Notes: generated by a model from the letters alone, not told the origin. Positions 27,809-36,610 are shown, counted from the stretch's first letter. The stretch: DNA of 50,220 nt from a virus (IMGVR_UViG_3300048852_000106:1-50220); one strand, 5' to 3'. Numbers and translations are program-made.

Positions 27809-27958
27809 GCTGATGCGAGAGCTTCCATCCACCATGTTGCCCCGTGGCCTGCCGCGACATCGCTGACAGGTCTCCCTGCTCTCCCGAGCTTCCGACATGG
27901 TCGTGGCTATCCGCAGCCGGTTGCCACGCCTCCGCACCCATCGGTGCCTCGCATCAAC
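27809..27958 (-). ncRNA. Candidate roughly 150-nt structured RNA upstream of the HNH gene
   Basis: 11-bp closing stem and five inner helices, with GGGA and GAGA GNRA loops on the - strand. Confidence 0.55.
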
Positions 27959-28135
27959 CTCGGTTGTTCTCTTGGTTTGCCCCTGCCCTTGGTGTCGGCA
28001 TCTCTCTGCCGTGCTCTGTGGTCTAGGAGTCTGGGCATCGACACCATGAACAAATCGTAATGTTGGAATTTACCAGCTGTTCACTCGCTAGGGTGTCTCT
28101 GCGCGCCGGGGCTCAACTAAGAACAAGGATCACCT

Positions 28136-28396
28136 ATGACTTTTGGAAAGCTCGCGCTCGCTACTGTTGCTCTGGCTGGGTTTGTCAGCCTAAGCGGGCC
28201 TGCGCCACAGGCTCAACCTCTCGTCCGAATTCCGGAAATTGCATCCAAGTCCGATATCACCTACGCCCAGTATCGCCCTGACAATCGGCGCTTTGGGCGC
28301 CCTCGTAGAGAGTGCAAGTGGGATACGGTGACCAAGCGCGTCCGGGGCAGGATCGTAAAGGAACGTGTCCAGCGCTGCTGGACAGTCCGGCGCTAA
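28136..28396 (+). CDS. Small secreted basic protein (moron)
   Basis: Signal peptide, AAGGA RBS, two Cys, own terminator. Confidence 0.7.
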   Translation: MTFGKLALATVALAGFVSLSGPAPQAQPLVRIPEIASKSDITYAQYRPDNRRFGRPRRECKWDTVTKRVRGRIVKERVQRCWTVRR

Positions 28397-28401
28397 ACGA
28401 T

Positions 28402-28428
28402 AAGGGCTCTTCGGAGCCCTTTCTTTTT
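28402..28428 (+). terminator. Rho-independent terminator
   Basis: AAGGGCTC-TTCG-GAGCCCTT followed by TCTTTTT. Confidence 0.85.
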
Positions 28429-28476
28429 GCCTCAGTTCGGGTGAGGAAGCGGAGAAGGATGTCCATGCGATGAACC

Positions 28477-28809
28477 CTAATCGATACCCATCATTAGAAG
28501 CCCGAACCAAACCAGCTTGCAGAGGACGTGCATGGCTTGGTCCATGTTGTAACTCAGGCGGCCCGAGCACTTGGTCAAGTCGATCAGCGCATGAGCCACG
28601 AACTCTAGGCCAGCCAAGAGCCACGATCCGGTTGCCAGCATCACCGCGCCAGCGTGGATAGCGGCATGGCAGGCCAGAGCACCGGGCCAGATCACCTCAC
28701 CCGGCACGAGGCTCAGGGTCTGGTTCTTCGCCTTCGACAGCCAATCGCCTTGGAGCGGGTAGTCGGCAAGAGCGTGCCCGATCAACATCCAGGCGAGAGG
28801 AGCCAACAT
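28477..28809 (-). CDS. DUF3307-like membrane protein
   Basis: GHALADYPLQ...HAAIH...HALID...DQAMH His-rich motif; GAGGAG RBS. Confidence 0.85.
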   Translation of the reverse strand: MLAPLAWMLIGHALADYPLQGDWLSKAKNQTLSLVPGEVIWPGALACHAAIHAGAVMLATGSWLLAGLEFVAHALIDLTKCSGRLSYNMDQAMHVLCKLVWFGLLMMGID

Positions 28810-28827
28810 TCAGTCTCCTCAGAGGGC

Positions 28828-28939
28828 CGATGCAGGTCCGGCCTATCAGCTTACACCGGCCTTGCGGCCTACGGGTCTTTCGGGGGCACTGGATTGCCGG
28901 AGCTACTGGAGCCCCTTATTCACGCACTGCCCTGCATCG
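28828..28939 (-). ncRNA. Candidate roughly 110-nt structured RNA or leader
   Basis: 9-bp closing stem CGATGCAGG/CCTGCATCG, two hairpins with UCCAG loops, and GCAA and GUAA tetraloop hairpins. Confidence 0.5.
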
Positions 28940-28946
28940 AACTCGG

Positions 28947-29063
28947 TTAGCGAAGAAGCCCTAAGCACTCAGCGATGCTCTCTTCCACGTAGATGTGAGA
29001 GGCTATCTCTACCATCAGGCAGCCGTCATCGTCTCGGGTGTAGGCTCTGCGGGATGAGGGCAT
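28947..29063 (-). CDS. 38-aa hypothetical peptide (MPSSRRAYTRDDDGCLMVEIASHIYVEESIAECLGLLR)
   Basis: Hand translation; below the ORF-track cutoff. Confidence 0.35.
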   Translation of the reverse strand: MPSSRRAYTRDDDGCLMVEIASHIYVEESIAECLGLLR

Positions 29064-29070
29064 GAGGCCA

Positions 29071-29103
29071 AGAAAAAGCCCCGCGCTATCATCTCGCCGG
29101 GGC
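29071..29103 (-). terminator. Rho-independent terminator at the head of the late region
   Basis: GCCCCGGCG...CGCGGGGC followed by TTTTT on the - strand. Confidence 0.7.
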
Positions 29104-29627
29104 GCCTTCTAGACCAAGTGAGAAGGGTGGCCAGGTGCATAAGGCAAGGTTTGTGCTCGCCTCATGCTACGCAATCCGTCCCTAACTTTTGTCGTGACGG
29201 CTTGGGAGCTGGCCACGGCTTTGAATAGACCTGCACACGGACCGCGAGCATTCACGGGGTAGCACAGCCATCCAAGGCCAGCTTCCATATCGCGGCCACC
29301 TACGAACCCGTCAATACATGAATTCGGCGTAGGTTTCGCACTTGAGAGGACAGCGGCCGCAATCCATACGTTTCGCGACCATGGCAAAATTGATGCCTCA
29401 AACCGGGGCCAGTGTCACCACCCTAAATTTCCCTTTTAGAATCATGCTTATAGCTGACCAGTTGCAAAGCAATGGCAAAAATATTTGCAACTGGATGAGC
29501 TTAGATGCAAAAGGCAGAGCCGATAAAGCTGTAAGGGTGATGCAACTTTTTCCTGTTTGAGCACTACTCATGGACGTTGTCAAACTGAATGCCACAGAGG
29601 CCGATGCAACGATTGAGCGGAGTCTTG

Positions 29628-31211
29628 TTAGTGCGAGGCCTGCGAAGGACGGCGCTCAGCGACGTTTTCCTTATAGGTCGTGTTGCAGTAAGGGTGGGTA
29701 ACCTGAGCATTGCCGGAATGCGCGCCACCTCCGTCCGCTTTTCGCTCAATATGATCGGTAGTCATCGAGTTCCGATGTAGCAGGCCGTCACATATACCGC
29801 AGCGTGTGCCGCTCTGAACAAGCTCGTTTATGAACGCAGCCGACTTGGTGCTAGCGCTAAAATTCCGCTTTCCGCTGCTAGCTTCTCGTATCGGTGCTGG
29901 TGTTGCAAAAAAGCGGAAGCGGTTGTCGGTCGACATTCCTGCGATGATTTCATCATCACTCTTTCCCATCCATAATCCTTCTAAAGCGATGGTCATGAAA
30001 TCTTCTAGCGCAGGTCGACTGCGGTGACCCGCACCTAGGTTTTTGACAATGAGGGTGAACGCCTCTTTGTGTGACACCAGGAAGTCCTCGAACGATCGAC
30101 GGACGCGAGTGAACTCGTCCAATTGCCCTTTGTCAGCGAGCTTCTGGACGACCTGAATAACAGCGAGAAATGCCACCGGCTGGAAAGCGCCGCCGCGTGT
30201 GTAGAAGTACACTAGGGGATGGAGGCCAAGCGACCCGGCGAATGTGGTAGTTATCCGCTCCAATCGCTTCTGCGCAGCCTGCAAGAATTGTAGGGTTTTC
30301 ACCCCGTCGTGATCGACTACTAGCGGGTCTTTCGGGCCGATGCCGTTTACTAGGTTCACAAAATCGAAAACGAACGGAAGGGAGCTATATCCACGTCCGC
30401 CGACGGGCACGTCGGAGCTTTTGATCGGCGAATCTCCCATCGGAGGCAGGTAGAGGGCATCGTAAATAGACTTGCCGCCTTTCTCGATCTGCTGCTGTAT
30501 TTCGCCCGCAAACTCGGACCAATATTTGTGACCAGCGCCCGCACGGTTGATAGCGCGAGTTGCAATTGCAGCAGCTGAGCGTCGTCCTCTTAGAATGCGT
30601 TTCTCAATTGGATCGACAGGTGTCGGGGCTTGGTTGATCTTGAAGAATGAATTTTCCGCGCCGAGTGCATCGCCTGCAGGAACCCATTGAGCGACGAACG
30701 AATTGGAGTTCATCATTCCAACACGTTCCTTGATTTTCTCGTTTGCGTACTGAGTTTTGCTGGAATCTACGTAGGACGCATACGTGCCAATGTTGGTATC
30801 CACGAGTTTCCTAGTCTGCTCAGCCAGCTTCTTCTGTTCCTCCGGCACCTGATTTTCAAAGTAATTGATCGACCGGGATTTGTCGCCGTAGTCGTCATAT
30901 ATCCACGCCAGCAACGCGCTCACACGGTGCGCGCCGTCGATCACAAATACGTACTGGCCAGAGCGCCAAAGGATGATTGCAGGGATAAGATCGCCATCCA
31001 GAAATGCGGCGATCAAATCGACGATCTTCTGTGGGGTCCAGTTGCTAGTCTCACGCTGGAAATCAGGCTTTCTGAGGCTCTGGGCGAAGAAATCCTCTCT
31101 AAGCATGCCCATACCAATGGTGCCAATGGGAGTCCCCTTGTAGGGAGTCGTGGGCGCGGCAAAGTCCTCACGCGGGATTAGCGCATCCAGATTAACGCCG
31201 TTCGCGGCCAT
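29628..31211 (-). CDS. DUF262 (GmrS/ParB-like) plus C-terminal HNH nuclease; GmrSD-like defence candidate; start revised to ATG at 31211
   Basis: PDFQR...W...IPAIILW...VIDGAHR and CGIC...DHI...GG...N...H..CN; GGAG RBS; AT-richer. Confidence 0.85.
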   Translation of the reverse strand: MAANGVNLDALIPREDFAAPTTPYKGTPIGTIGMGMLREDFFAQSLRKPDFQRETSNWTPQKIVDLIAAFLDGDLIPAIILWRSGQYVFVIDGAHRVSALLAWIYDDYGDKSRSINYFENQVPEEQKKLAEQTRKLVDTNIGTYASYVDSSKTQYANEKIKERVGMMNSNSFVAQWVPAGDALGAENSFFKINQAPTPVDPIEKRILRGRRSAAAIATRAINRAGAGHKYWSEFAGEIQQQIEKGGKSIYDALYLPPMGDSPIKSSDVPVGGRGYSSLPFVFDFVNLVNGIGPKDPLVVDHDGVKTLQFLQAAQKRLERITTTFAGSLGLHPLVYFYTRGGAFQPVAFLAVIQVVQKLADKGQLDEFTRVRRSFEDFLVSHKEAFTLIVKNLGAGHRSRPALEDFMTIALEGLWMGKSDDEIIAGMSTDNRFRFFATPAPIREASSGKRNFSASTKSAAFINELVQSGTRCGICDGLLHRNSMTTDHIERKADGGGAHSGNAQVTHPYCNTTYKENVAERRPSQASH

Positions 31212-31414
31212 GGTATCAATCTCCCCGAAGCTATATTTGAAATGAAACATAGCTCAGGCCCTCCCTCTCGGGAAGCGGGTACGCTTGGTATAGTAACGCC
31301 ATAGGATCGCCCTATCCAAAATCCTTTCCAACTGAACGGTTGGCGGCGTCTCTCATCCCCGGCTCTCCTGGTCTGTGGTGAGGCGGGCGGCCTTGCGATT
31401 AGGTTGCTGGTAGT

Positions 31415-32167
31415 TCAGCGCACGGTCACGTGCGCGCGGTGGAGCTGCTCGGCGAGGTATGCGAGGCCGGCGGGCAGGTAGCGATCGAGGGAGGTCCGGC
31501 TGAGGATCTTCTCCGGCAGTGCCTGCCAGGGCAGAATGAGCGGCGCTCGTATGGCTTGGATCTGGTCCTTGATCTCCTGCCCTCGGCGATTGATCTCCGG
31601 ATCAAATTCCCCACTGGCCTTCAGATCATGCGCACGGACCAGGAGCGCCCTCGCCTCCTCGATCAGGGGAGCCTTAGCACGCTGGTGCTCGGCGGCCGCC
31701 ATTCGGGCGGCCATCGCCTTCGCTTTGACGTTCCGCTCCCGCAGCACCCCGGCGATCGAGAATCCGCCCGCCTTGCACATGGCCCAGAGCAGGACCGCGT
31801 CGCAGGCCATCGGCTCGTGAGAGGCGTACATCATCGGCCAGGCCAGAGCCTCATCGGACATGCTGATCTCTTCGGCCGTCGGGCGCCGCAGGTTCTCAGC
31901 GAAGGCTTCGCGGGCCGCCTTCATGGCCTGCTCGTCAATCAGGTCCGAGAACTCCCTCAAGGCCGTCGGCCAGCCGCCGCCGTACGCTGATGGAGCGATC
32001 CTGCCGGTGGTGGCCATCAGCACGTCGAAGGCGTGGATGAGCCTGTGGGCGACGTGGCCTGCGTTCCACAGAGGCGGGACCTCATAGGGCCCTTCCTGCT
32101 CGTCGCAGCGTGACAGGTCGCGTGACAACTCATCATCTGCCCGTGATAAATCGTGCGTATAATTCAC
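31415..32167 (-). CDS. Putative late transcription regulator (Q-position, DUF6362-like)
   Basis: W...VAHRLIHAFDVL...GGWP...PTAEEISMSDEALAW pattern; last gene of the early-right operon. Confidence 0.55.
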   Translation of the reverse strand: MNYTHDLSRADDELSRDLSRCDEQEGPYEVPPLWNAGHVAHRLIHAFDVLMATTGRIAPSAYGGGWPTALREFSDLIDEQAMKAAREAFAENLRRPTAEEISMSDEALAWPMMYASHEPMACDAVLLWAMCKAGGFSIAGVLRERNVKAKAMAARMAAAEHQRAKAPLIEEARALLVRAHDLKASGEFDPEINRRGQEIKDQIQAIRAPLILPWQALPEKILSRTSLDRYLPAGLAYLAEQLHRAHVTVR

Positions 32168-33498
32168 CAGGGCACCTCATCTTCCGTGACATCAGAGTTC
32201 CATTGCGTGACGGGTGCGGGGTCACCGGCTGCAGCAGCCTGCCCCTTCTTTCCGCCCCTCAGCTCCTTGCCGGTCAGCCAGACCCAGGGATCGCTGGACC
32301 CGATGAGACCCAGCGCGATCAGCTTCTCACCGCAGAACTTACGGGCCTGGCGAAGGGCGGCGTTCCGCTTCTCCCCTTCAGGCTCCTCACCCATCCATTT
32401 CTTGGCGAAGGCGTCCCGCACGCGATCCTTGTGAACGACACGGATTCCGCCCGGCAGCTTGATCTTGTCAGGCGGCGCCTCGCCATGCTCCTCGATCGCC
32501 TCCTGGACAGAGACGAAATAGTTGTAGACGCGGTCGGAGAGCTTCTTGGTGTCCTGGGGCTTGTCCCGCTCGATCCCGGCCAGCGCGCCCTCGTCGGGCA
32601 AGTCCACGACGCAGGAGGTGATTTCGTCGCCATCCTCGTCCACACCGATCTTCACCTGAGGCAGGACGAACCGAAAGGTCTTGCTGTCCGCGCCGTCCTT
32701 CAGCTTGGTGATCACCGCCTCGCGAATCTTCCGCCCGTTGGCGTCTTTGGCAATGACGGGGTTCTTGCCATTCTTGCCCGTGTCGACCTCGACCAGCGAC
32801 ACATCGAGGACGTTCTCGACGTCGGCGAACATGCTGGAGTGCCCGCGGGCTTTCGTGCCCGCGGCGTTCTTGTGGTGGACGAGAAGGACGGTGCAGCCGA
32901 GAGCCAGTTCCAGCTTCTTGCAGCGGCGCCGGATCGCCGAGACGTCCTTGCTGCCATTCTCGTCCGCGCCAGGCGTCGCTGCGCTGAAAGTGTCGATGAC
33001 GAGGAGCTCGAGCTGGAACTCCGGATACTGCTCTGCCCAGTACCGACATTCGGCGATCAGGGCATCGCAGTCCTCGTCCGAGGCGTAGAGATCGATCGGC
33101 AGGGTCAGCAGGACGAAGGGCAGGCTGTTGTCTGTCCGCAGTCCGTGGTGCTCCTCATAGGCCGGGATGCGCTTGTCGCGCACGCCCTTGGCGCTCTCGC
33201 CCGCCTGGTAGACTACTAGGCCTTTACGGGTCTTGTTGCCGAACCACGGTGCGCCGCGCGCCACGGCCATCCCCAGGTCGATGGCGAGAAAGGATTTGCC
33301 GGACTGGGAGGCCCCGACGAGCATGCCCTGCTCGCCCCTGGTGATGACGTTCTTGATCAACCACTCATGCTTGGAAGCGCGCGGCGCATGCCGCTCACGC
33401 CATGGGATAGCGCCGAACCGAGACTTGAACGGCTGAATCATTGCCGTCGTCTCGCGCTCGAACTGCTCGAAGGACTTAATTGGGGGCATTACGGTCAC
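32164..33498 (-). CDS. RepA/AAA_25 family replicative helicase
   Basis: Walker A GASQSGKS, Walker B LLVIDT, VHH...ARGHS. Confidence 0.9.
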   Translation of the reverse strand: MTVMPPIKSFEQFERETTAMIQPFKSRFGAIPWRERHAPRASKHEWLIKNVITRGEQGMLVGASQSGKSFLAIDLGMAVARGAPWFGNKTRKGLVVYQAGESAKGVRDKRIPAYEEHHGLRTDNSLPFVLLTLPIDLYASDEDCDALIAECRYWAEQYPEFQLELLVIDTFSAATPGADENGSKDVSAIRRRCKKLELALGCTVLLVHHKNAAGTKARGHSSMFADVENVLDVSLVEVDTGKNGKNPVIAKDANGRKIREAVITKLKDGADSKTFRFVLPQVKIGVDEDGDEITSCVVDLPDEGALAGIERDKPQDTKKLSDRVYNYFVSVQEAIEEHGEAPPDKIKLPGGIRVVHKDRVRDAFAKKWMGEEPEGEKRNAALRQARKFCGEKLIALGLIGSSDPWVWLTGKELRGGKKGQAAAAGDPAPVTQWNSDVTEDEVPW

Positions 33499-33611
33499 TG
33501 GCTTCTCCCAGATTGAAAACCGCCCTCGACGCGACGGCTTCTCGTGCCTATCTCATCCGTCACCCCAATCTGCCGCTGGGTCATAGCGGCACTTACCTGA
33601 AGGAAGCTTAG

Positions 33612-33884
33612 ATGCGCACGACGCTCGCAATGGTCGATTCTGCCTCCCAAGCAACGCCTGCTTTGCAGGACGCACTCTATGGATTGATCGCTGAGACGCT
33701 GGTGAGCCAAACGCTCGCTGCGGCTGCCCATCGTGGAGAGAAAATCGAGGACGCTGACGCGCGCCGGTGGCTTGAGGAGGTTGCCGGCTATACTGGAGTT
33801 CTCATTGCAAAGACTGGCTCGGGTACGCGTAGCATCGGAGAGATCGCGGAAGAGCGTCTCTTGGATCTTCTGAAGCTTGGATAG
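33612..33884 (+). CDS. Hypothetical helical protein inserted between primase and helicase
   Basis: AAGGA RBS; amphipathic helical sequence. Confidence 0.5.
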   Translation: MRTTLAMVDSASQATPALQDALYGLIAETLVSQTLAAAAHRGEKIEDADARRWLEEVAGYTGVLIAKTGSGTRSIGEIAEERLLDLLKLG

Positions 33885-33919
33885 TCGGGATTTTGCCGGG
33901 ACAGGTTGATAGGCCGGAT

Positions 33920-35113
33920 TCATGCTGTCACCTCAATCCCCAGCTCACTCAAAAGATGATCATTGAAGTCTCTGCCTTCGGACGCCATCGAGACAGAGAC
34001 CTCCCTGCCCTGCTGGTGGAAGCGCCGAGCCGCCACCAGGAGGCGGGCCCTGGTCGTTTCGGGATCGCTGTCGCCATCCCCGATTAGGATCACCCGGCGC
34101 ACCTGCGCCGGCAGGATCAAACCGGGCTTGTCGAAGTCCGGTACACCGTTCGGGATCGGGAGAGGGCTGCTATCTGGGCGCTTCTTCTTGGGATGAGGCA
34201 CGCTGCCGGCTGCTCCGCCAGAGAGATTTCCGATGCTGATGGACGTGGCGAGGCTCACATCGAAGTCCACCAAGCCCAGCACATACCAGGATAGGACCGT
34301 CTCGATTCCCTCCCCGATGGCCAGCGTCTGTCCGATCTCGCCCAGGCAGATCATCCCGCCGCGCTGCTCGCCCATAACCTTCTTGGCAGCGTTCCGGGAC
34401 CTATCGCCCGGCGGCGTGAGCTTCCGCGGCCGGGATGGGTCGAGATAGGTCCGGTGCAGTCCAATGATGGTGCCGTCGACAGCGCGGATCGCGGCCAGCA
34501 TGGCCGGGTAAGAGCCAAGCGGAGAAGTCCGGTCCGCCTCGGCATTAGCAAAGCCGTGGTAGCCGAGATCCGGCACGAACTTGAGGTCCTGCGTCAGCCG
34601 CGCCGGCGGCGTCAGCCCGCGCGCCTCGAGATAGGCGGCTGCTGGAGTCCCAGTGATGGGCAGTGCCGCCTGCCAGAGCCGCTCGACGCTCTCCTGTGTA
34701 TCCTGCCGCTCGCGGTCCGCTCGCGCCTGGGCTGCAGCCTCTTCCTTTCTGCGTTGCTCAGCGCGCTCAGCGAGGCGAGCTTCACGTGCGCTGCGCTCTT
34801 CGTCTGTCTCGGCCTGGTCGCGGCCCGGAGGCGGCCGTCCCGTCAGCGTCTCACAGGCTGCCAGGAACTCGCAGCTGTCCAGATGCTCGACCATGGCAAT
34901 GACATCCCCTCCACCAGCGCCGCGGCAGTTGAAGATGTTCTTGCGGGTGTTGATGCTGAACCGGTCGGTGCCACCGCATGCCGGGCATGGGCCTGCCCGC
35001 TCGACAGTGCCCTTCATGCGCACGCCGCGGCGCCCGAGCTCGTCAAGAATCGAGACCTTGCGGGCTTCCTCGACCCACTCGTCGAATGCCTGGCTTGTGC
35101 CTGTGGCGGCCAT
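33920..35113 (-). CDS. DNA primase (Zn-binding plus Toprim)
   Basis: GPCPACGGTDRF...FNCRG, HRTYL, GEGIET and DGD motifs. Confidence 0.92.
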   Translation of the reverse strand: MAATGTSQAFDEWVEEARKVSILDELGRRGVRMKGTVERAGPCPACGGTDRFSINTRKNIFNCRGAGGGDVIAMVEHLDSCEFLAACETLTGRPPPGRDQAETDEERSAREARLAERAEQRRKEEAAAQARADRERQDTQESVERLWQAALPITGTPAAAYLEARGLTPPARLTQDLKFVPDLGYHGFANAEADRTSPLGSYPAMLAAIRAVDGTIIGLHRTYLDPSRPRKLTPPGDRSRNAAKKVMGEQRGGMICLGEIGQTLAIGEGIETVLSWYVLGLVDFDVSLATSISIGNLSGGAAGSVPHPKKKRPDSSPLPIPNGVPDFDKPGLILPAQVRRVILIGDGDSDPETTRARLLVAARRFHQQGREVSVSMASEGRDFNDHLLSELGIEVTA

Positions 35114-35221
35114 GGGTCACTCCACCACTTCCCGATGCTCCACAGGACCAGCTATAGAGGCGGGAGAAGATGCTGGCACCGTGGTCTCATTGCCTCGGGC
35201 ACTAGGCGGCTGGGGGAATCG

Positions 35222-36007
35222 ATGACGAGCCCAAAACGAGATAGAGTCCGTAGCCATCTCGCCGCGCTTGTTGGCGGCCTTGTGATCTGTGCAATTGTGG
35301 CAGGGTACGCCCTTTCCCTCATCTGGGGTGTGGACGCGTGCAGCGGCCAGAAGGTTCAGGACAGCATTCTCGCCAGCGGCCGTATTGGCTGTATGGAGTA
35401 CTGGCTGGAGCGGTATCAGACGCTCATCGCAGGCATCCTGGCGCTCATCGCGGCAGGCATCACACTCATCTTCACTCAGAGGCAGCTTCGGGAAGCTCGG
35501 CTCGTCAGCAGTCTCGAGCTGCTTCGCCACCTGCGCGAGGAAGAAGCAACCCTTCGACACCTGATCCCGACCATACGAGAGAACAAAAGCTACGACGAAC
35601 TGCGCCATATCGCTCGTGTTAAGAACCTCTCTAAGTCTGGGGATGCAGAGAAGGCTATGACTAGCTTCTTGGACTCGCTGCGAGATCTTGCACGGGAAGC
35701 TAAGGGGGTAGGCTGGTCTCCTGATCTGGAAGAATGGATCGCCGACAGGGAGTTGGAAAGTACCCCGGCTGTTATGGCACTCTCGGGAGCATGGTCTAAG
35801 ATTAATGTGTCTCCCCGCGGGGGATACACCCTTCCAGAGGGCGTAAAGGACGAACTGGATCGCGCGGCTGACAGTCTCCTCGAAGTCTGGAAGGACTTGC
35901 CAGATCGACTCGAACGGACTGCTGATCAACTGGAGATCGAACTGGATGTGCGGGTGCAGTCCAGACGATCGTTGTGGGCAAGAGTTCAACGAGCTAGTCA
36001 AGCGTGA
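35222..36007 (+). CDS. Two-TM membrane protein with soluble helical C-terminus (moron); start revised to ATG at 35222
   Basis: TM-loop(C...C)-WLERYQTLIAGILALIAA-TM; the upstream part of the listed 517-aa ORF is the primase shadow. Confidence 0.7.
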   Translation: MTSPKRDRVRSHLAALVGGLVICAIVAGYALSLIWGVDACSGQKVQDSILASGRIGCMEYWLERYQTLIAGILALIAAGITLIFTQRQLREARLVSSLELLRHLREEEATLRHLIPTIRENKSYDELRHIARVKNLSKSGDAEKAMTSFLDSLRDLAREAKGVGWSPDLEEWIADRELESTPAVMALSGAWSKINVSPRGGYTLPEGVKDELDRAADSLLEVWKDLPDRLERTADQLEIELDVRVQSRRSLWARVQRASQA

Positions 36008-36609
36008 TCCTCCACAACAGAGTGATCGTAGCGATTGGCTTTGCGGAGCCAATGAACCGACGGCTGCCCCTCATATCCCCTCAGCCAGACGAACCAGGAG
36101 AAGTCTGCCTTCCCTCCACCAGGCTTCTCTCCGGCGACGATTACACGGCCGGGGGGCATCGAGGGGCGCGGACCGATGCGGTACTCGCGATACAGCGGCG
36201 TCGATTCCAGCCATGCGCCTGTCGAGGCGGAGTTTGCCCATACTGTCGGCAGGAGCATTGCGACCTTGCCGCGGCTCAGGTGCAGGGCTCGTTCAATGAA
36301 GGGGCGTGCGATGCCGAACGGCGGATTGCTGACGATGTTCTCGCCCAGCACGATAGCCTGCTCGAGGAAATTCATCGGCGTGCTGCAATACTCGGAGCGC
36401 GAGATTTTGTCAGAGCCGCGAGCTTCATACCCCGCGGCTCGGGCCGCGGCGACGACGCGACCAAGGCCACAGGCTGGATCCCAGATGCGGCCTTCGAACC
36501 GCTCGACGGCGAAGAGCCGATCAGAGACCCATTCCGGCTCGACGTACCAGTCGTCAGGATCGCGGGCCCAGATCTTGGCATTGAGGAGTCTGGCTGGAAC
36601 GGCTTCCAT
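35998..36609 (-). CDS. Small amino (N6-adenine-type) DNA methyltransferase
   Basis: IWDPACGLG motif I followed by NPPF motif IV. Confidence 0.8.
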   Translation of the reverse strand: MEAVPARLLNAKIWARDPDDWYVEPEWVSDRLFAVERFEGRIWDPACGLGRVVAAARAAGYEARGSDKISRSEYCSTPMNFLEQAIVLGENIVSNPPFGIARPFIERALHLSRGKVAMLLPTVWANSASTGAWLESTPLYREYRIGPRPSMPPGRVIVAGEKPGGGKADFSWFVWLRGYEGQPSVHWLRKANRYDHSVVEDHA

Positions 36610-36610
36610 C

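Noticed and set aside
28840-28885. Hammerhead ribozyme core
   Set aside because: CTGATAG does not match CUGANGA and the stems do not fit around GAAA
34454-35221. N-terminal half of the listed 517-aa ORF
   Set aside because: In-register antisense shadow of the primase; the real start is likely 35222
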